DNA of 59,677 nt, from the IMG/VR virus record IMGVR_UViG_3300029581_000014; one strand, written 5' to 3'. The number at the start of each line of letters is the position of its first letter. Within the stretch, counting starts at the first letter, position 1. Below, piece after piece: positions 39,869 through 49,715 of this stretch. The translations under genes and the position numbers were made by a program. The notes under the pieces are model-generated. The model saw only the letters and a program-made list of their open reading frames with translations. It was not told the DNA's origin and made no database searches. This stretch comes from a virus.

Positions 39869-41611
39869 TTGGCAAGTCAGAGCCTTATCACGGCAGTAAA
39901 CAGCTATGACAATTACATACAGCGCAAGGGAATTGATGAACAGGTCATTGATGCGTACATAGAAGCCTGTAAGGTGGCAATTAACAGTGAAAAGGATATT
40001 CAGTACGGATTACAACTTACAGAGCGTTCCAAGGGCATTGTAGAACGTTTTTGCATGGATAGGACAGGCGCCTCCATATGGGATTTGGAAAAGTATTCCT
40101 TTGCAAACAAGACGCACTATTCTCTGACAGATAAATTATACGATGTTCTTTTACTAGAAGCACAAAATAAGGTTGTGGACAGTGCATACCGATACTTGGA
40201 AAAGAAAAGAGAACCTAGAGAGCGGTTCTACATGCCACGTAGAAAGCAATTTCTTAAAATCGGTCTAATGGATGCCATTCAAGGCATGATTGATGATAAA
40301 TACGACATTCTCTGCGTGTCACTTATCCCTGGTGCCGGAAAAACTACGGTCGAAAAAATGCTGAATGCATTGGTAGCAGGATGGTTTCCGAGAGATTTCA
40401 ACCTTTTTTACTCCCACAGTGGAGATATTACACGTATGTACTATGACGGTGTGTACGATATTTGCACAAATTCTGACGAGTACACTTGGAATGAAATTTT
40501 CCCAAATCTTTCAGTTACCAGTACTAATGCAAAAATGGAACAGTTTAACATCGGCAAATATAAACCATTTCCATCCGTTCAGTGCACATCCGTAGGAAGT
40601 AAAAATGCTGGTAAAGTACGTGCATCAAAGTTTTTGTTCGTAGATGACATGATCGGTGGCATCGAAGAAGCTATGAATCCTATAATTTTGGATAAACTGT
40701 GGGACAAATATGCTGTAGACGCAAGACAGAGAAAAACACAGGACACGGATGGAAAGAACTGTAAAGAGATTCATATTGCTACTAGGTGGAGCGTAAATGA
40801 TGTAATAGGTCGGATCCAAAATATGTATGAAGGTAATCCGAGAGTAAAGGTTATTTCAGTACCTGATATAGACCCCAAGACAGGATTAAGCAATTTTGAC
40901 TACGAATTTTCCGGATTTACGGTTGCTTTTTTTGAAGATCAACAATTACTCATGGATGAAATCTCTTATAGGTGTCTTTACAAACAGGAGCCTATTGAAC
41001 GTGAGGGATTGTTATTCCCGGAAGAAAAAATCAGACGTTATCTTAATCTGCCACATGGGGAACCGGAAATTATTACAGGGCAATGCGATACCAAGGGAAA
41101 AGGAACAGACTTTTTTGTTCTTCCGGTATTACAAAAGTACGGAGAAGATTATTACTGCGTTGATTGTGTGTGTAACAATACAGCAGATTATGAAATGCAG
41201 TATGAAAATGCGGCAAATGTACTCGTTAATAATAAAGTGCAAGAGTGCGAATTTGAACGTAATGCTGGTGGTGACCGTGTTGCAATGGAAGTAAATAAAC
41301 GTGTAGAAAGTAAAGGCTGGATATGCAATATTACTGATACTCCAACAGAGACAAACAAGGAAGCTAGAATTTTTCAGTGCTCTAACTGGATATTGCAACA
41401 CGTTATTTTCAAGGATCCGTCATTGTATAAGCCTAACGAATCATACGGTGTAATGATGTCGTTACTGAAAAGGTATTCTGTTTCAGGAAAAAAACAGTTA
41501 GATGATGTCCCGGATGTATTTTCTAACTTTGCTTTAAGAATCACAAACGGTAACAGAGTGGCAAGAGCAGAAGCAATCAGCAATCCTTTTTCAATGGGTA
41601 GGAGGTATTAG
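39869..41611 (+). CDS. terL: Terminase large subunit
   Basis: 580 aa. TTG start after ggaaggagg, Walker A-like 'IPGAGKTT', located upstream of the portal gene. Confidence 0.8.
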   Translation: MASQSLITAVNSYDNYIQRKGIDEQVIDAYIEACKVAINSEKDIQYGLQLTERSKGIVERFCMDRTGASIWDLEKYSFANKTHYSLTDKLYDVLLLEAQNKVVDSAYRYLEKKREPRERFYMPRRKQFLKIGLMDAIQGMIDDKYDILCVSLIPGAGKTTVEKMLNALVAGWFPRDFNLFYSHSGDITRMYYDGVYDICTNSDEYTWNEIFPNLSVTSTNAKMEQFNIGKYKPFPSVQCTSVGSKNAGKVRASKFLFVDDMIGGIEEAMNPIILDKLWDKYAVDARQRKTQDTDGKNCKEIHIATRWSVNDVIGRIQNMYEGNPRVKVISVPDIDPKTGLSNFDYEFSGFTVAFFEDQQLLMDEISYRCLYKQEPIEREGLLFPEEKIRRYLNLPHGEPEIITGQCDTKGKGTDFFVLPVLQKYGEDYYCVDCVCNNTADYEMQYENAANVLVNNKVQECEFERNAGGDRVAMEVNKRVESKGWICNITDTPTETNKEARIFQCSNWILQHVIFKDPSLYKPNESYGVMMSLLKRYSVSGKKQLDDVPDVFSNFALRITNGNRVARAEAISNPFSMGRRY

Positions 41612-42049
41612 ATGACAACAAAAGAATATTTAGGGCAGATAAGCCGCCTTAATCGAATGATAAATAATAAACTCACGGAAATTGCACAACTCAAAGATAT
41701 GGCGGTAAGCATATCTGCTCCGCAAAGCGGTGAAAGGGTACAGACTACACCGAATTTTGACAAAATAGGAACAAAATATGCCAAAATTGACGAAATGGAA
41801 CGGAAAATAGATGGCATGGTGGACGAACTTGTCGATAAAAAAGAGAAAATTATACAGCAGATAGACAGCATGGAAGATGAAAACACATACAATATTCTGT
41901 TCGCAAGGTACATCGAAAAGAAAACTTTTGAAGTGATTGCAACAGAAATGAAATATTCATGGAGACAGGTTGTCAGACTTCACGGAACTGCATTGAAACA
42001 GTTTGAAAAGAAATACGGAGAAGGGTATTTGAATGAACAATGTCATTGA
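41612..42049 (+). CDS. DUF1492/sigma-70 region-4-like regulator
   Basis: SD taggaggt. C-terminal 'YNILFARYIEKKTFEVIATEMKYSWRQVVRLHGTALKQF'. Confidence 0.5.
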   Translation: MTTKEYLGQISRLNRMINNKLTEIAQLKDMAVSISAPQSGERVQTTPNFDKIGTKYAKIDEMERKIDGMVDELVDKKEKIIQQIDSMEDENTYNILFARYIEKKTFEVIATEMKYSWRQVVRLHGTALKQFEKKYGEGYLNEQCH

Positions 42050-42134
42050 ATGTCATATATAAAAAATGGTAATGTTAAACTGACGAAAATATTTAAGATG
42101 CTTTCTAATCCTCCTAAAAGGCAAACAGCCGGGA

Positions 42135-42165
42135 ATACCGTCTACGTTATGTGGGCGGTATTTTT
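42135..42165 (+). terminator. Intrinsic terminator (ataccgtctac/gtgggcggtat + T5)
   Basis: An 11-bp stem with two G-T pairs. Confidence 0.65.
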
Positions 42166-42186
42166 GTGCGCAGAAAAGAGGTATTT

Positions 42187-42387
42187 ATGATTTTTAATCA
42201 AAAAATTAGAGTGTACTGTCCGGGATGCGGACGGTTGGTCGGTGAATGCAGTTCAAAATCACACATCGACAAGACATATAAGTGCCGGAATTGCGATAAG
42301 ATGGTTGTTTACCATACAGAGACCGGAGAACGTGAGATCAAGAAACTTCCAAAAAGAGATCAGAGCAGCGGAATGACATTTATGTAG
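42187..42387 (+). CDS. Com-like zinc-ribbon small protein (66 aa)
   Basis: Internal ATG after aaagaggt. 'YCPGCGRLVGE...YKCRNCDKMVV'. Confidence 0.5.
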   Translation: MIFNQKIRVYCPGCGRLVGECSSKSHIDKTYKCRNCDKMVVYHTETGEREIKKLPKRDQSSGMTFM

Positions 42388-42395
42388 GTAAAAAT

Positions 42396-43829
42396 ATGAA
42401 CACTATGAAATTTCAAGACCTTGTAAAGGGTTGTCACGGTAGAAAAATTGCATATACGGACGTGGAGCAGATAACCAAAGACAACATTGTAAAGGTTATT
42501 TGTGATTGCATCGGTGTTTTTAATTACAATAAGTCAGTTATCAAGTACTTGTGGGAGTACTACAAAGGAGATCAACCGGTACTATACAGAACAAAGCTGT
42601 CAAATGAGGATATAACGAACAAAATCGTTGAGAATCATGCTTATGAGTGGGTACAGTTCAAGGTTGGTCAGACTTACGGCGAGCCTATTCAGTTTGTCAG
42701 CAGAAAAGATGATGAAGCTGTAAATAAGGCAGTAGATGAACTTAACGATTACTTAGCTGATGCAAATAAGCATGAGAAAGACATAAAAGCTGGTGAATGG
42801 CAGTCGGCAACCGGAACATCATTTAAAGCAATTCAGATTGTGAATGGAGATGTTCCTATCCGTGTGGTTGCACCTAATCCACTAAATACATTCGTCATTT
42901 ACAACCGTAGTTCTGAAGAACCGATTTTAGCAGTCCAAGAATTAAAGGATGAAAACGGAGAATGGTATAAACTTTGCTACACAGAAACGAATGAATGCAA
43001 AATAAAAAACAGTTCTGTTATTGCTGATTCATGGAAGTTACATGGTTTTGGAGGCATTCCTATTGTGGAATTTCCGAACAACCATGAGCGATTGTCTGAT
43101 ATTGAACTTGTTATAGATCTGTTGGATGCAATCAATAATACACAGTCAAACAGAATGGACGGCATAGAGCAGTTTATACAGGCATGGATCAAATTTGTAA
43201 ACTGCGATATTGACGAAGAGCAGTTTGAAAAAATGAAAATGAGCCATGCATTGGTTGTAAAGTCCAATAACAAGGATAACAAGGCTGATGTTGATGTAAT
43301 GTCGCAGGAACTTGACCAAACGCAGACACAGGTATCTAAAGACGATTTAACAGACAGCGCACTTTCAATTTTGGGAATACCAAACAAACAAGGAAACACT
43401 GGCGGTGATACGCAGGGTGCGGTTGAGCTGAGAAACGGATGGGATTTTTCAAAATCAAGAGCAAGGCTTAAGGATCCGGTTGTTAAGACAGCAGAGAAGA
43501 GACTGGCCAAGGTTGCGTTGAATGTTATCCGCATTAAAAAAGAGGATCTAAAAATCACTCTTAGAGATTTTGATGTGCAGATCAACCACAGTCCACAAGA
43601 TAATATGTATACCAAGTCGCAGACATTACTGCAACTTCTGCAGTGTGGTATTCATCCGCTTATTGCAATTAAAACGGTTGGACTTTGGGGAGATTGCGAA
43701 AAGACTTTCAACCTTTCCAAGCCCTACCTTGATGCTCTGTGGAAAACCGCTGACATTATCAACATGGAAGAGCAGATGGCAAAAGCACAAGAAATTGTAA
43801 AACAAATGCAAAATAAGACAGTTGCCTAG
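42396..43829 (+). CDS. Portal protein (SPP1 gp6-like)
   Basis: 477 aa, located after terL. 'YYKGDQPVLYR...ENHAYEWVQFKVGQTYGEPIQF'. Confidence 0.75.
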   Translation: MNTMKFQDLVKGCHGRKIAYTDVEQITKDNIVKVICDCIGVFNYNKSVIKYLWEYYKGDQPVLYRTKLSNEDITNKIVENHAYEWVQFKVGQTYGEPIQFVSRKDDEAVNKAVDELNDYLADANKHEKDIKAGEWQSATGTSFKAIQIVNGDVPIRVVAPNPLNTFVIYNRSSEEPILAVQELKDENGEWYKLCYTETNECKIKNSSVIADSWKLHGFGGIPIVEFPNNHERLSDIELVIDLLDAINNTQSNRMDGIEQFIQAWIKFVNCDIDEEQFEKMKMSHALVVKSNNKDNKADVDVMSQELDQTQTQVSKDDLTDSALSILGIPNKQGNTGGDTQGAVELRNGWDFSKSRARLKDPVVKTAEKRLAKVALNVIRIKKEDLKITLRDFDVQINHSPQDNMYTKSQTLLQLLQCGIHPLIAIKTVGLWGDCEKTFNLSKPYLDALWKTADIINMEEQMAKAQEIVKQMQNKTVA

Positions 43830-43848
43830 AAATAGGTAGCTGTTTTTA
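43818..43848 (+). terminator. Intrinsic terminator overlapping the portal stop (acagttgccta/taggtagctgt + T5)
   Basis: An 11-bp stem with two G-T pairs. Confidence 0.6.
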
Positions 43849-43945
43849 TTTTATAAAAATTCGCAAAGCCGTGAGCGTACAAATCGGCAATGTCACTCGG
43901 TGTCGTTGCACCGTAAAAAAACGTAGGACATAACGGAGGTAATTT

Positions 43946-44470
43946 ATGAAGAGAGAAGATTTAACTGCAATGGGATTAACTGAGGAACAGATTGAAAAGG
44001 TTATTGCCGAAAACGGCAAGGATGTTCAGGCAGCAAACGCAAAAGCAAACAAAAACAGTGAAGAGTTGACAAGACTTCGTGAGTTGGAAAAGGAATACAC
44101 AGCCATGAAAGATAAGGATTTATCCGATTCGGAAAGACTGCAAAAAGACCTTGATTCTGCAAATGCAAAAATCGCAGAACTTGAAAAGACACAAGCTATT
44201 GCGAATCAGAGAAGCAATGCGGCATCCAAGTTTAACATTTCTGCTGAACAGGCATCACAGGTTATCAAGGATGACGGCAGTTTTGACTACGAAGTACTCG
44301 GAAAAATTATCTCTGATAAAGAGACTGCTGCGGCACAGGCTAAAGAGCAGGAAATCGCAAACGGAACCACAAATCCGGGCGGTGGTAGTGCTGGCGGCAA
44401 TGGTGGAACTGAAAGTAAAGGTGCTGAAATGGCAAAGAAATATAATCAGCGCTATGTAATCGAACAGTAA
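43946..44470 (+). CDS. Capsid scaffolding protein (DUF4355-like)
   Basis: 'LTAMGLTEEQIEKVIAENGKDV', a coiled coil, and a position before the capsid gene. Confidence 0.65.
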   Translation: MKREDLTAMGLTEEQIEKVIAENGKDVQAANAKANKNSEELTRLRELEKEYTAMKDKDLSDSERLQKDLDSANAKIAELEKTQAIANQRSNAASKFNISAEQASQVIKDDGSFDYEVLGKIISDKETAAAQAKEQEIANGTTNPGGGSAGGNGGTESKGAEMAKKYNQRYVIEQ

Positions 44471-44489
44471 GCAAGGAGGTATAAACGTT

Positions 44490-44813
44490 ATGGCTTACAT
44501 GAAAACCACTACTTACACTTCTGGTGTAAACATTTTAGCAAGTGAAGTCGGGCTTGTGTTAAAAACCTTTGAGGGAACACAGACAATGGCAACACAGGTA
44601 GATGATAAGAAGATTATCAAGGCAGGAACTGTGGTTCCCACAAATGACGCTTCTGCAAAGGGAATTGTCTTTGAAGATGTTGATATTACAGATGACGAAA
44701 AGAAGCCTATTTCTGTAATTATTGCAGGCCGTGTTATTAAGGCAAATTTGCCTGTTGCAGTAGATACCAATGCCGAAACCGCACTTAAAGCAAGCGGCAT
44801 TTACTTTGATTAA
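44490..44813 (+). CDS. Capsid-associated protein (possible decoration protein)
   Basis: 107 aa, strong SD, between the scaffold and major capsid genes. Confidence 0.4.
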   Translation: MAYMKTTTYTSGVNILASEVGLVLKTFEGTQTMATQVDDKKIIKAGTVVPTNDASAKGIVFEDVDITDDEKKPISVIIAGRVIKANLPVAVDTNAETALKASGIYFD

Positions 44814-44833
44814 ATTACGGAGGTAAGAACAGT

Positions 44834-46150
44834 ATGCCTAGTGTATTAACAATGATTACAGACAAGGATAGATTGGATTTTTCCCAAAACTATTCTATCG
44901 CAAGAAATTATGTAGGTGACCGTCTTTTCCCTGATATCAAGACCGAGAACCTTGAAGCAGAGTACGAAAGACTTTCCGAAGGAATGGACCTTCCCACCGC
45001 AGCAATGGTACACGCATTTGATACCGAAGCTGCTATTGGTGTAAGACCTGGATTTGAAAAAGTAAGCGTAGAAAAGCTGCTGATCAAGGAAAAAATCAAC
45101 CAGTCTGAAAGATTACGCCAGTTACTGAATCATGGCGTAAGAGAAAGCAATCTGATTGACTATGTATATGACGATATGGGGCGGCTGTCTGATTCCGTTA
45201 AGACAAGAACTGAAATCGCAAAAATGGAGGTTATGTCTACTGGTAAGATGACCATTAACGAAAATGGTCTCAATTTTGCTATTGACTTCAAAGTAAATAA
45301 GTTCAAGGCACTGAAAGGCTGGGAAGATCCTACCCATGATATCCTTGGAGATATTGCAGACATGGTTCAGATGGCTCTTGACAAAGGATATGTTGTCAAT
45401 ACTGCACTGACTTCTACCAAAATGCGCTCTTATATGCTTAAGAATGAAGGAATCATGAAAGCTATTAAGGGAGTTAATTTCGTTGGAATGGCAATTACTC
45501 CGGCAGAAGTGTCAAATCTGTTACTTAGCCTGTATGGTCTGAACATGGTAATTGATGATGATATGTACGGAATTGCCAACAAGGAAAATACCACAAGAAC
45601 TCCTAAGAGATTTTTACCGGATAATGTATTTACTCTTTATGTATCTACTGGAAACGGAAAGATTGGTACTGGACTTTGGGGCGTAACTCCGGAAGAAGAA
45701 AAAGCAAGTGCATTTACAAGCCTGTCCAAAAAGCAATTCATTACTATTTCCCAGTGGGCAACTCCTGATCCGGTTGCTGAGTGGACTAAGGCTAGTGGCG
45801 TGTTTATTCCTGTAATTCCTAACCCTTATGGAATCGTAATCGGTACACTGACAGAGGGAGAAGCTGGACTTGATACTCTGGTTGTAAACAGTGCAGCAAG
45901 TTCTTCTGACACTGGTTTCACCAAAATTACCGTAAGTCCTTCTAAGGGCTCTAATAATTCTTACAAGTACAAGGTAGCGGATGATTGCAAACTTCCTCCT
46001 TATCTTGGAAACGTCAAGACTTACGCAACCTGGGACGGAACTTCCGAGATCGAAGCACAGACAGGAAAAGAAATTATGATTATCGAATGCGATCCTAATT
46101 ACAGAGCAGTAAAGGCAGGTATTACTACGGTAACTGCGAAGGATGAATAA
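44834..46150 (+). CDS. Major capsid protein (phage capsid E-like) with a C-terminal Ig-like extension
   Basis: 438 aa. 'NYVGDRLFPDIKTENLEAEY' N-terminal pattern, plus position. Confidence 0.7.
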   Translation: MPSVLTMITDKDRLDFSQNYSIARNYVGDRLFPDIKTENLEAEYERLSEGMDLPTAAMVHAFDTEAAIGVRPGFEKVSVEKLLIKEKINQSERLRQLLNHGVRESNLIDYVYDDMGRLSDSVKTRTEIAKMEVMSTGKMTINENGLNFAIDFKVNKFKALKGWEDPTHDILGDIADMVQMALDKGYVVNTALTSTKMRSYMLKNEGIMKAIKGVNFVGMAITPAEVSNLLLSLYGLNMVIDDDMYGIANKENTTRTPKRFLPDNVFTLYVSTGNGKIGTGLWGVTPEEEKASAFTSLSKKQFITISQWATPDPVAEWTKASGVFIPVIPNPYGIVIGTLTEGEAGLDTLVVNSAASSSDTGFTKITVSPSKGSNNSYKYKVADDCKLPPYLGNVKTYATWDGTSEIEAQTGKEIMIIECDPNYRAVKAGITTVTAKDE

Positions 46151-46160
46151 GAGGTAACAC

Positions 46161-46520
46161 ATGGCAGAATATACGACTTTGGAGCAAGTAAAAATTCGTC
46201 TGAAACAATTTCATATTGATTCTGAAAGCTCCGAGGTCGTGTTTGATGACCTTGAAGATAACCCTCTGATTGAGCAACTTATCAGTCAAGCGAAAGCTGA
46301 CATTGTGGCAAAGAGAATGTACCCGGACAGCTACACGGAACAAAAGATTGCAGAGGACTTGAAGCGGTTTGAGAGCGTGATTGTGAACGTGGTTGTGTAT
46401 GACCATTCACAGGCTGGAGAAAATTTCATGTCAAATTACTCTGAAAACGGTGTGTCGAGAACATGGAGAAACCGTGACAGTCTGTTTGTAGGTGTATTTC
46501 CATTTGCAAAAGTTTTATAA
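46161..46520 (+). CDS. Head-tail connector (gp6-like)
   Basis: 'TTLEQVKIRLKQFHIDSE...EQLISQAKADI' pattern and position. Confidence 0.6.
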   Translation: MAEYTTLEQVKIRLKQFHIDSESSEVVFDDLEDNPLIEQLISQAKADIVAKRMYPDSYTEQKIAEDLKRFESVIVNVVVYDHSQAGENFMSNYSENGVSRTWRNRDSLFVGVFPFAKVL

Positions 46521-46648
46521 CCCCATCGAAATCGAGGGGGTTAGAAGATTGTGCGTGACCATATTGCTGATGCCGGCAATATGATTGCAGGCGGCACACT
46601 TTAAGGGTGGTGGGCGGTGTGCCAACAATAAGTAACAGGAGATATGAA

Positions 46649-46954
46649 ATGAAAGATTTTTTATTACAGACATACACTATTGTATTGCCTATTTTATTAG
46701 GATATATTGTCTGGCTCCTTAAACAACAAAAGAAGGACAGGGATGCAAACAGTAAGGGAACAATGCTTCTTTTGCGTGTTCAACTTATTGAGTATCACGA
46801 TAAGTACATGAAGTTGGGAGAGATTCCCAGTTATGCGTATGAAAACTTTGTTGAGATGTATAATGCTTATCATGCGCTAGGTGGCAATGGAATGGCTACT
46901 AAAATGTACGAGGAAATCAAAGAAATCAGATTGAAGAATGGAGGTAAAGAATAA
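46649..46954 (+). CDS. Membrane-anchored protein (101 aa), possible holin partner
   Basis: Internal ATG, N-terminal TM 'TYTIVLPILLGYIVWLL', immediately upstream of the holin-like gene. Confidence 0.45.
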   Translation: MKDFLLQTYTIVLPILLGYIVWLLKQQKKDRDANSKGTMLLLRVQLIEYHDKYMKLGEIPSYAYENFVEMYNAYHALGGNGMATKMYEEIKEIRLKNGGKE

Positions 46955-47223
46955 TGGATTTTGCACAAGTAGGAACTTGCGTAGCAATCGTGATTATCTG
47001 CTATCTTGCCGGTATTGGAGCGAAACTTATTCCGGTTATTAAAGATAATTACATTCCGGTTGTTGTTGGCATTGTCGGTGGCATTCTCGGAGTAGTAGGA
47101 ATGTATGTGATTCCCGACTTTCCGGCAAATGATATTCTGAATGCTATTGCGGTCGGCATTGTTTCCGGTTTGGCAAGCACCGGGGTAAATCAGATTTACA
47201 AACAGGTGAAGAAAGATGCTTGA
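46954..47223 (+). CDS. Holin-like protein (89 aa, multi-TM)
   Basis: 'VVVGIVGGILGVVGMYVIPDFPANDILNAIAVGIVSGLASTGVNQIYKQVKK' resembles Firmicute phage holins. Confidence 0.55.
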   Translation: MDFAQVGTCVAIVIICYLAGIGAKLIPVIKDNYIPVVVGIVGGILGVVGMYVIPDFPANDILNAIAVGIVSGLASTGVNQIYKQVKKDA

Positions 47224-47638
47224 AGCAAATAAGCAAAAAATGAAGTATTCCAAACAGGGTGAGAAAGTCACAATCTACGACCGTGACGAAAATGGAAACA
47301 TTAAGTACATCGAGGTTGATGGTGAAAAGATTCCAGTAGTTTTGAGAGAAGCTATCGGATTTTCTGACCCTGTTCCTTTTTCTGCCAATATCAGCAACAA
47401 ACTGTCGGAAGTACTGGTAAAGGAATTTGGTATTGATGATTCTAGTTCTTATTGTCAAATTGTGACCGATAAGGGATATTTGCCGATTAAAGCAGGAGAC
47501 ATTGTTTGGAAGAAATCTGATGTGGGGCGAGATAGTGATGGACTGGTTGACGATAAGACAGCGGACTACGTTGTAAAAGGTGTAGCCGATGAAGGACTTA
47601 CTGTTGACCTGTTTTTGCTTCAAAAGACGGTAAAGTGA
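47216..47638 (+). CDS. Hypothetical head-tail joining module protein (140 aa)
   Basis: Track ORF; assigned by position only. Confidence 0.45.
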   Translation: MLEANKQKMKYSKQGEKVTIYDRDENGNIKYIEVDGEKIPVVLREAIGFSDPVPFSANISNKLSEVLVKEFGIDDSSSYCQIVTDKGYLPIKAGDIVWKKSDVGRDSDGLVDDKTADYVVKGVADEGLTVDLFLLQKTVK

Positions 47639-47639
47639 T

Positions 47640-48176
47640 ATGGGGAAGACGATTGAACTAAATCTATTCAGTGACAAGTCCATACAGAACGCTATTAAGG
47701 CTCTTAGAGACTACGAAAACAGCTTGACCTATAAATGTAGGCTACTGGCTGAAACTTTGGCAGAAAACGGTGTAGAGATTGCTAGAGTACAGATTGCAGA
47801 CCTTGACGCTATCTTTACTAGCGAACTGATACAGAGTATCCACTCTGAATATGTTGGTTCGGTAAAAGGCGGTGGAATATGGGCGGTTGTTGCCGGAACA
47901 GACCATGCGGCATTTGTTGAGTTTGGGACTGGAATTGTCGGACAGAAATCACCGTACAAAGGAAAGTTACCCGAAGGTGTCACATGGCAATATGCAAGCG
48001 GAAAAACCATACGGCAACTTGCGGACGGTAGATACGGTTGGTTTTATCCGGCTGATGATGGTAAATGGTACTTCACCGAAGGAATGCCTTCAAGACCATT
48101 TATGTACCTGACTGCAATAGAAATTCGTGAAATTGTATTACAGACAGCAAAGGTGGTGTTTGGAAATGGCGGTTAA
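47640..48176 (+). CDS. HK97 gp10-like tail component
   Basis: 'GTDHAAFVEFGTG' pattern and position. Confidence 0.5.
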   Translation: MGKTIELNLFSDKSIQNAIKALRDYENSLTYKCRLLAETLAENGVEIARVQIADLDAIFTSELIQSIHSEYVGSVKGGGIWAVVAGTDHAAFVEFGTGIVGQKSPYKGKLPEGVTWQYASGKTIRQLADGRYGWFYPADDGKWYFTEGMPSRPFMYLTAIEIREIVLQTAKVVFGNGG

Positions 48177-48573
48177 TGAATATCAATGGGTATCAGATTT
48201 CAAAGTCAAGATTGCATCATACTTGAAAATGAAAATACCGCAGAGCCATCCTAAAGCGTATGTAACGGACAAGAGCAAAGATTTATCAGAACCCACATTC
48301 CCCACAGTTTACTTTCATGCTATGCCGTTCACAGAGACAGGACAAGACCTTGAAGGACGGTCTATCAATGGAATCACAGCATCGTACCAGGTGGATGTGA
48401 TAACCAACAAAAGTCAGGAAGAAGCTGAAGCTATCATGGCTACGGTTGCCGGACTTTTCAAACGTTTGCGATTTCAGATAACTTCCATGCCGGAGTTTAG
48501 CAATACTTCGCAGAAAACATACAGAAGCACAGCACGGTTCAGAAGAACAGTAGGTGCTGATGATACATTGTAA
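48166..48573 (+). CDS. Tail completion/terminator-like protein (135 aa)
   Basis: Internal ATG; positioned before the major tail gene. Confidence 0.4.
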   Translation: MAVNEYQWVSDFKVKIASYLKMKIPQSHPKAYVTDKSKDLSEPTFPTVYFHAMPFTETGQDLEGRSINGITASYQVDVITNKSQEEAEAIMATVAGLFKRLRFQITSMPEFSNTSQKTYRSTARFRRTVGADDTL

Positions 48574-48577
48574 CTAT

Positions 48578-48602
48578 TAGAGCCATTCGGCTCTATTTTT
48601 TT
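48578..48602 (+). terminator. Intrinsic terminator (tagagcc/ggctcta + T7)
   Basis: A 7-bp stem, 4-nt loop and T7. Confidence 0.7.
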
Positions 48603-48627
48603 ATGCAAATTTAAGGAGGTATAAATT

Positions 48628-49104
48628 ATGGCAGCAGCCGGAGTTTCTACTTTAGGCATTACTTTCGGATATGGTACAGAGACAACCGCCGGAACAAAAC
48701 CTACAAGTTTTAAGCAACTTACAAGAATCAATGCCATTGGCGGCATCAGCATTGAACCGGAACAGATTGATGCTTCTGCGTTAGAAGATGCAATCACCAG
48801 ATATGTAAAAGGTCGTGCAGATACTGGTGGATCTTTTGCAGTCACAGTCAACTTCACATCAGAGACCGTGGCTGAATGGACTGCACTTATCACAGCCTAC
48901 AAGGCTCTTACTGGTGGAAATAGAATGTGGTTTGAAACTGTTATTCCCGGAGAAGAGAAATCTTTCTTCGTTGTTGCACAGCCGCCTGAACAGATTCCAC
49001 AGCCAGAAATCGGACAGAATGAACTTCTGACGATTGAAATGAATCTTACCATTGAGGAATACAAGGGATTGGATGCTACCGTTGAACTAACAACGGGGGA
49101 ATAG
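48628..49104 (+). CDS. Major tail protein
   Basis: SD aaggaggt. 158 aa. 'LGITFGYGTETTAGTKPTSFKQLTRIN' and position. Confidence 0.65.
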   Translation: MAAAGVSTLGITFGYGTETTAGTKPTSFKQLTRINAIGGISIEPEQIDASALEDAITRYVKGRADTGGSFAVTVNFTSETVAEWTALITAYKALTGGNRMWFETVIPGEEKSFFVVAQPPEQIPQPEIGQNELLTIEMNLTIEEYKGLDATVELTTGE

Positions 49105-49182
49105 CAAGTCAGTCAGAAACAAATAACACTGCCGTGGCTGACTTTAATGAAACGGTAGATGAGCCATTGATTTAGCAAAAGA

Positions 49183-49207
49183 GAGCCGTCTTCGGGCGGC
49201 TCCTTTC
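49183..49207 (+). terminator. Terminator-like hairpin gagccgtc/ggcggctc
   Basis: GC-rich 8-bp stem with a ttcg loop and a weak T-run (ctttcc). Confidence 0.45.
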
Positions 49208-49238
49208 CAACAAAATGTTGGGGAAAGGATATGTTTTT

Positions 49239-49715
49239 ATGAAGAAGATTTTAGTTAATGATGTTGAATATACTTTAGAGTTTGGATTCGGTGCTGTGGA
49301 GTGCAAGGATTTGATTCAAAAGATGTTTCTTATGCTTTCCGGTGGCTATGTAGCTAAAAAAGCAAAAAATGTACAGAATCCCACACCAGAAGAAATTGTA
49401 GATGGTAGCGGATATATGCTTGCAGAATTTCCTCATGTATGCAAAACGGCTTTTTATGCTGGTCTTATCGAAAACCATGAAGGTATTACACCGGATGAAT
49501 CCAATGCTTTAATGAAAGAATACATGAAAGCAAACGGTCTTTCTTTTGTGAAGCTGTATGGAGAACTGACAGACTGTATGAAAGAAGACGGTTTTTTCGA
49601 ACTGTCGGGTCTGACGGAAATGATGACGCAGACCAAGGAAGAAATGGAGAAAGAGGACAGCAAGGTAACGAAGATGCCACAGGATCACAAGAAGAAATCG
49701 ACTGGCACAAAATAA
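49239..49715 (+). CDS. Tail assembly chaperone (gpG-like)
   Basis: Internal ATG; positioned between the major tail and tape measure genes; acidic C-terminus. Confidence 0.6.
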   Translation: MKKILVNDVEYTLEFGFGAVECKDLIQKMFLMLSGGYVAKKAKNVQNPTPEEIVDGSGYMLAEFPHVCKTAFYAGLIENHEGITPDESNALMKEYMKANGLSFVKLYGELTDCMKEDGFFELSGLTEMMTQTKEEMEKEDSKVTKMPQDHKKKSTGTK

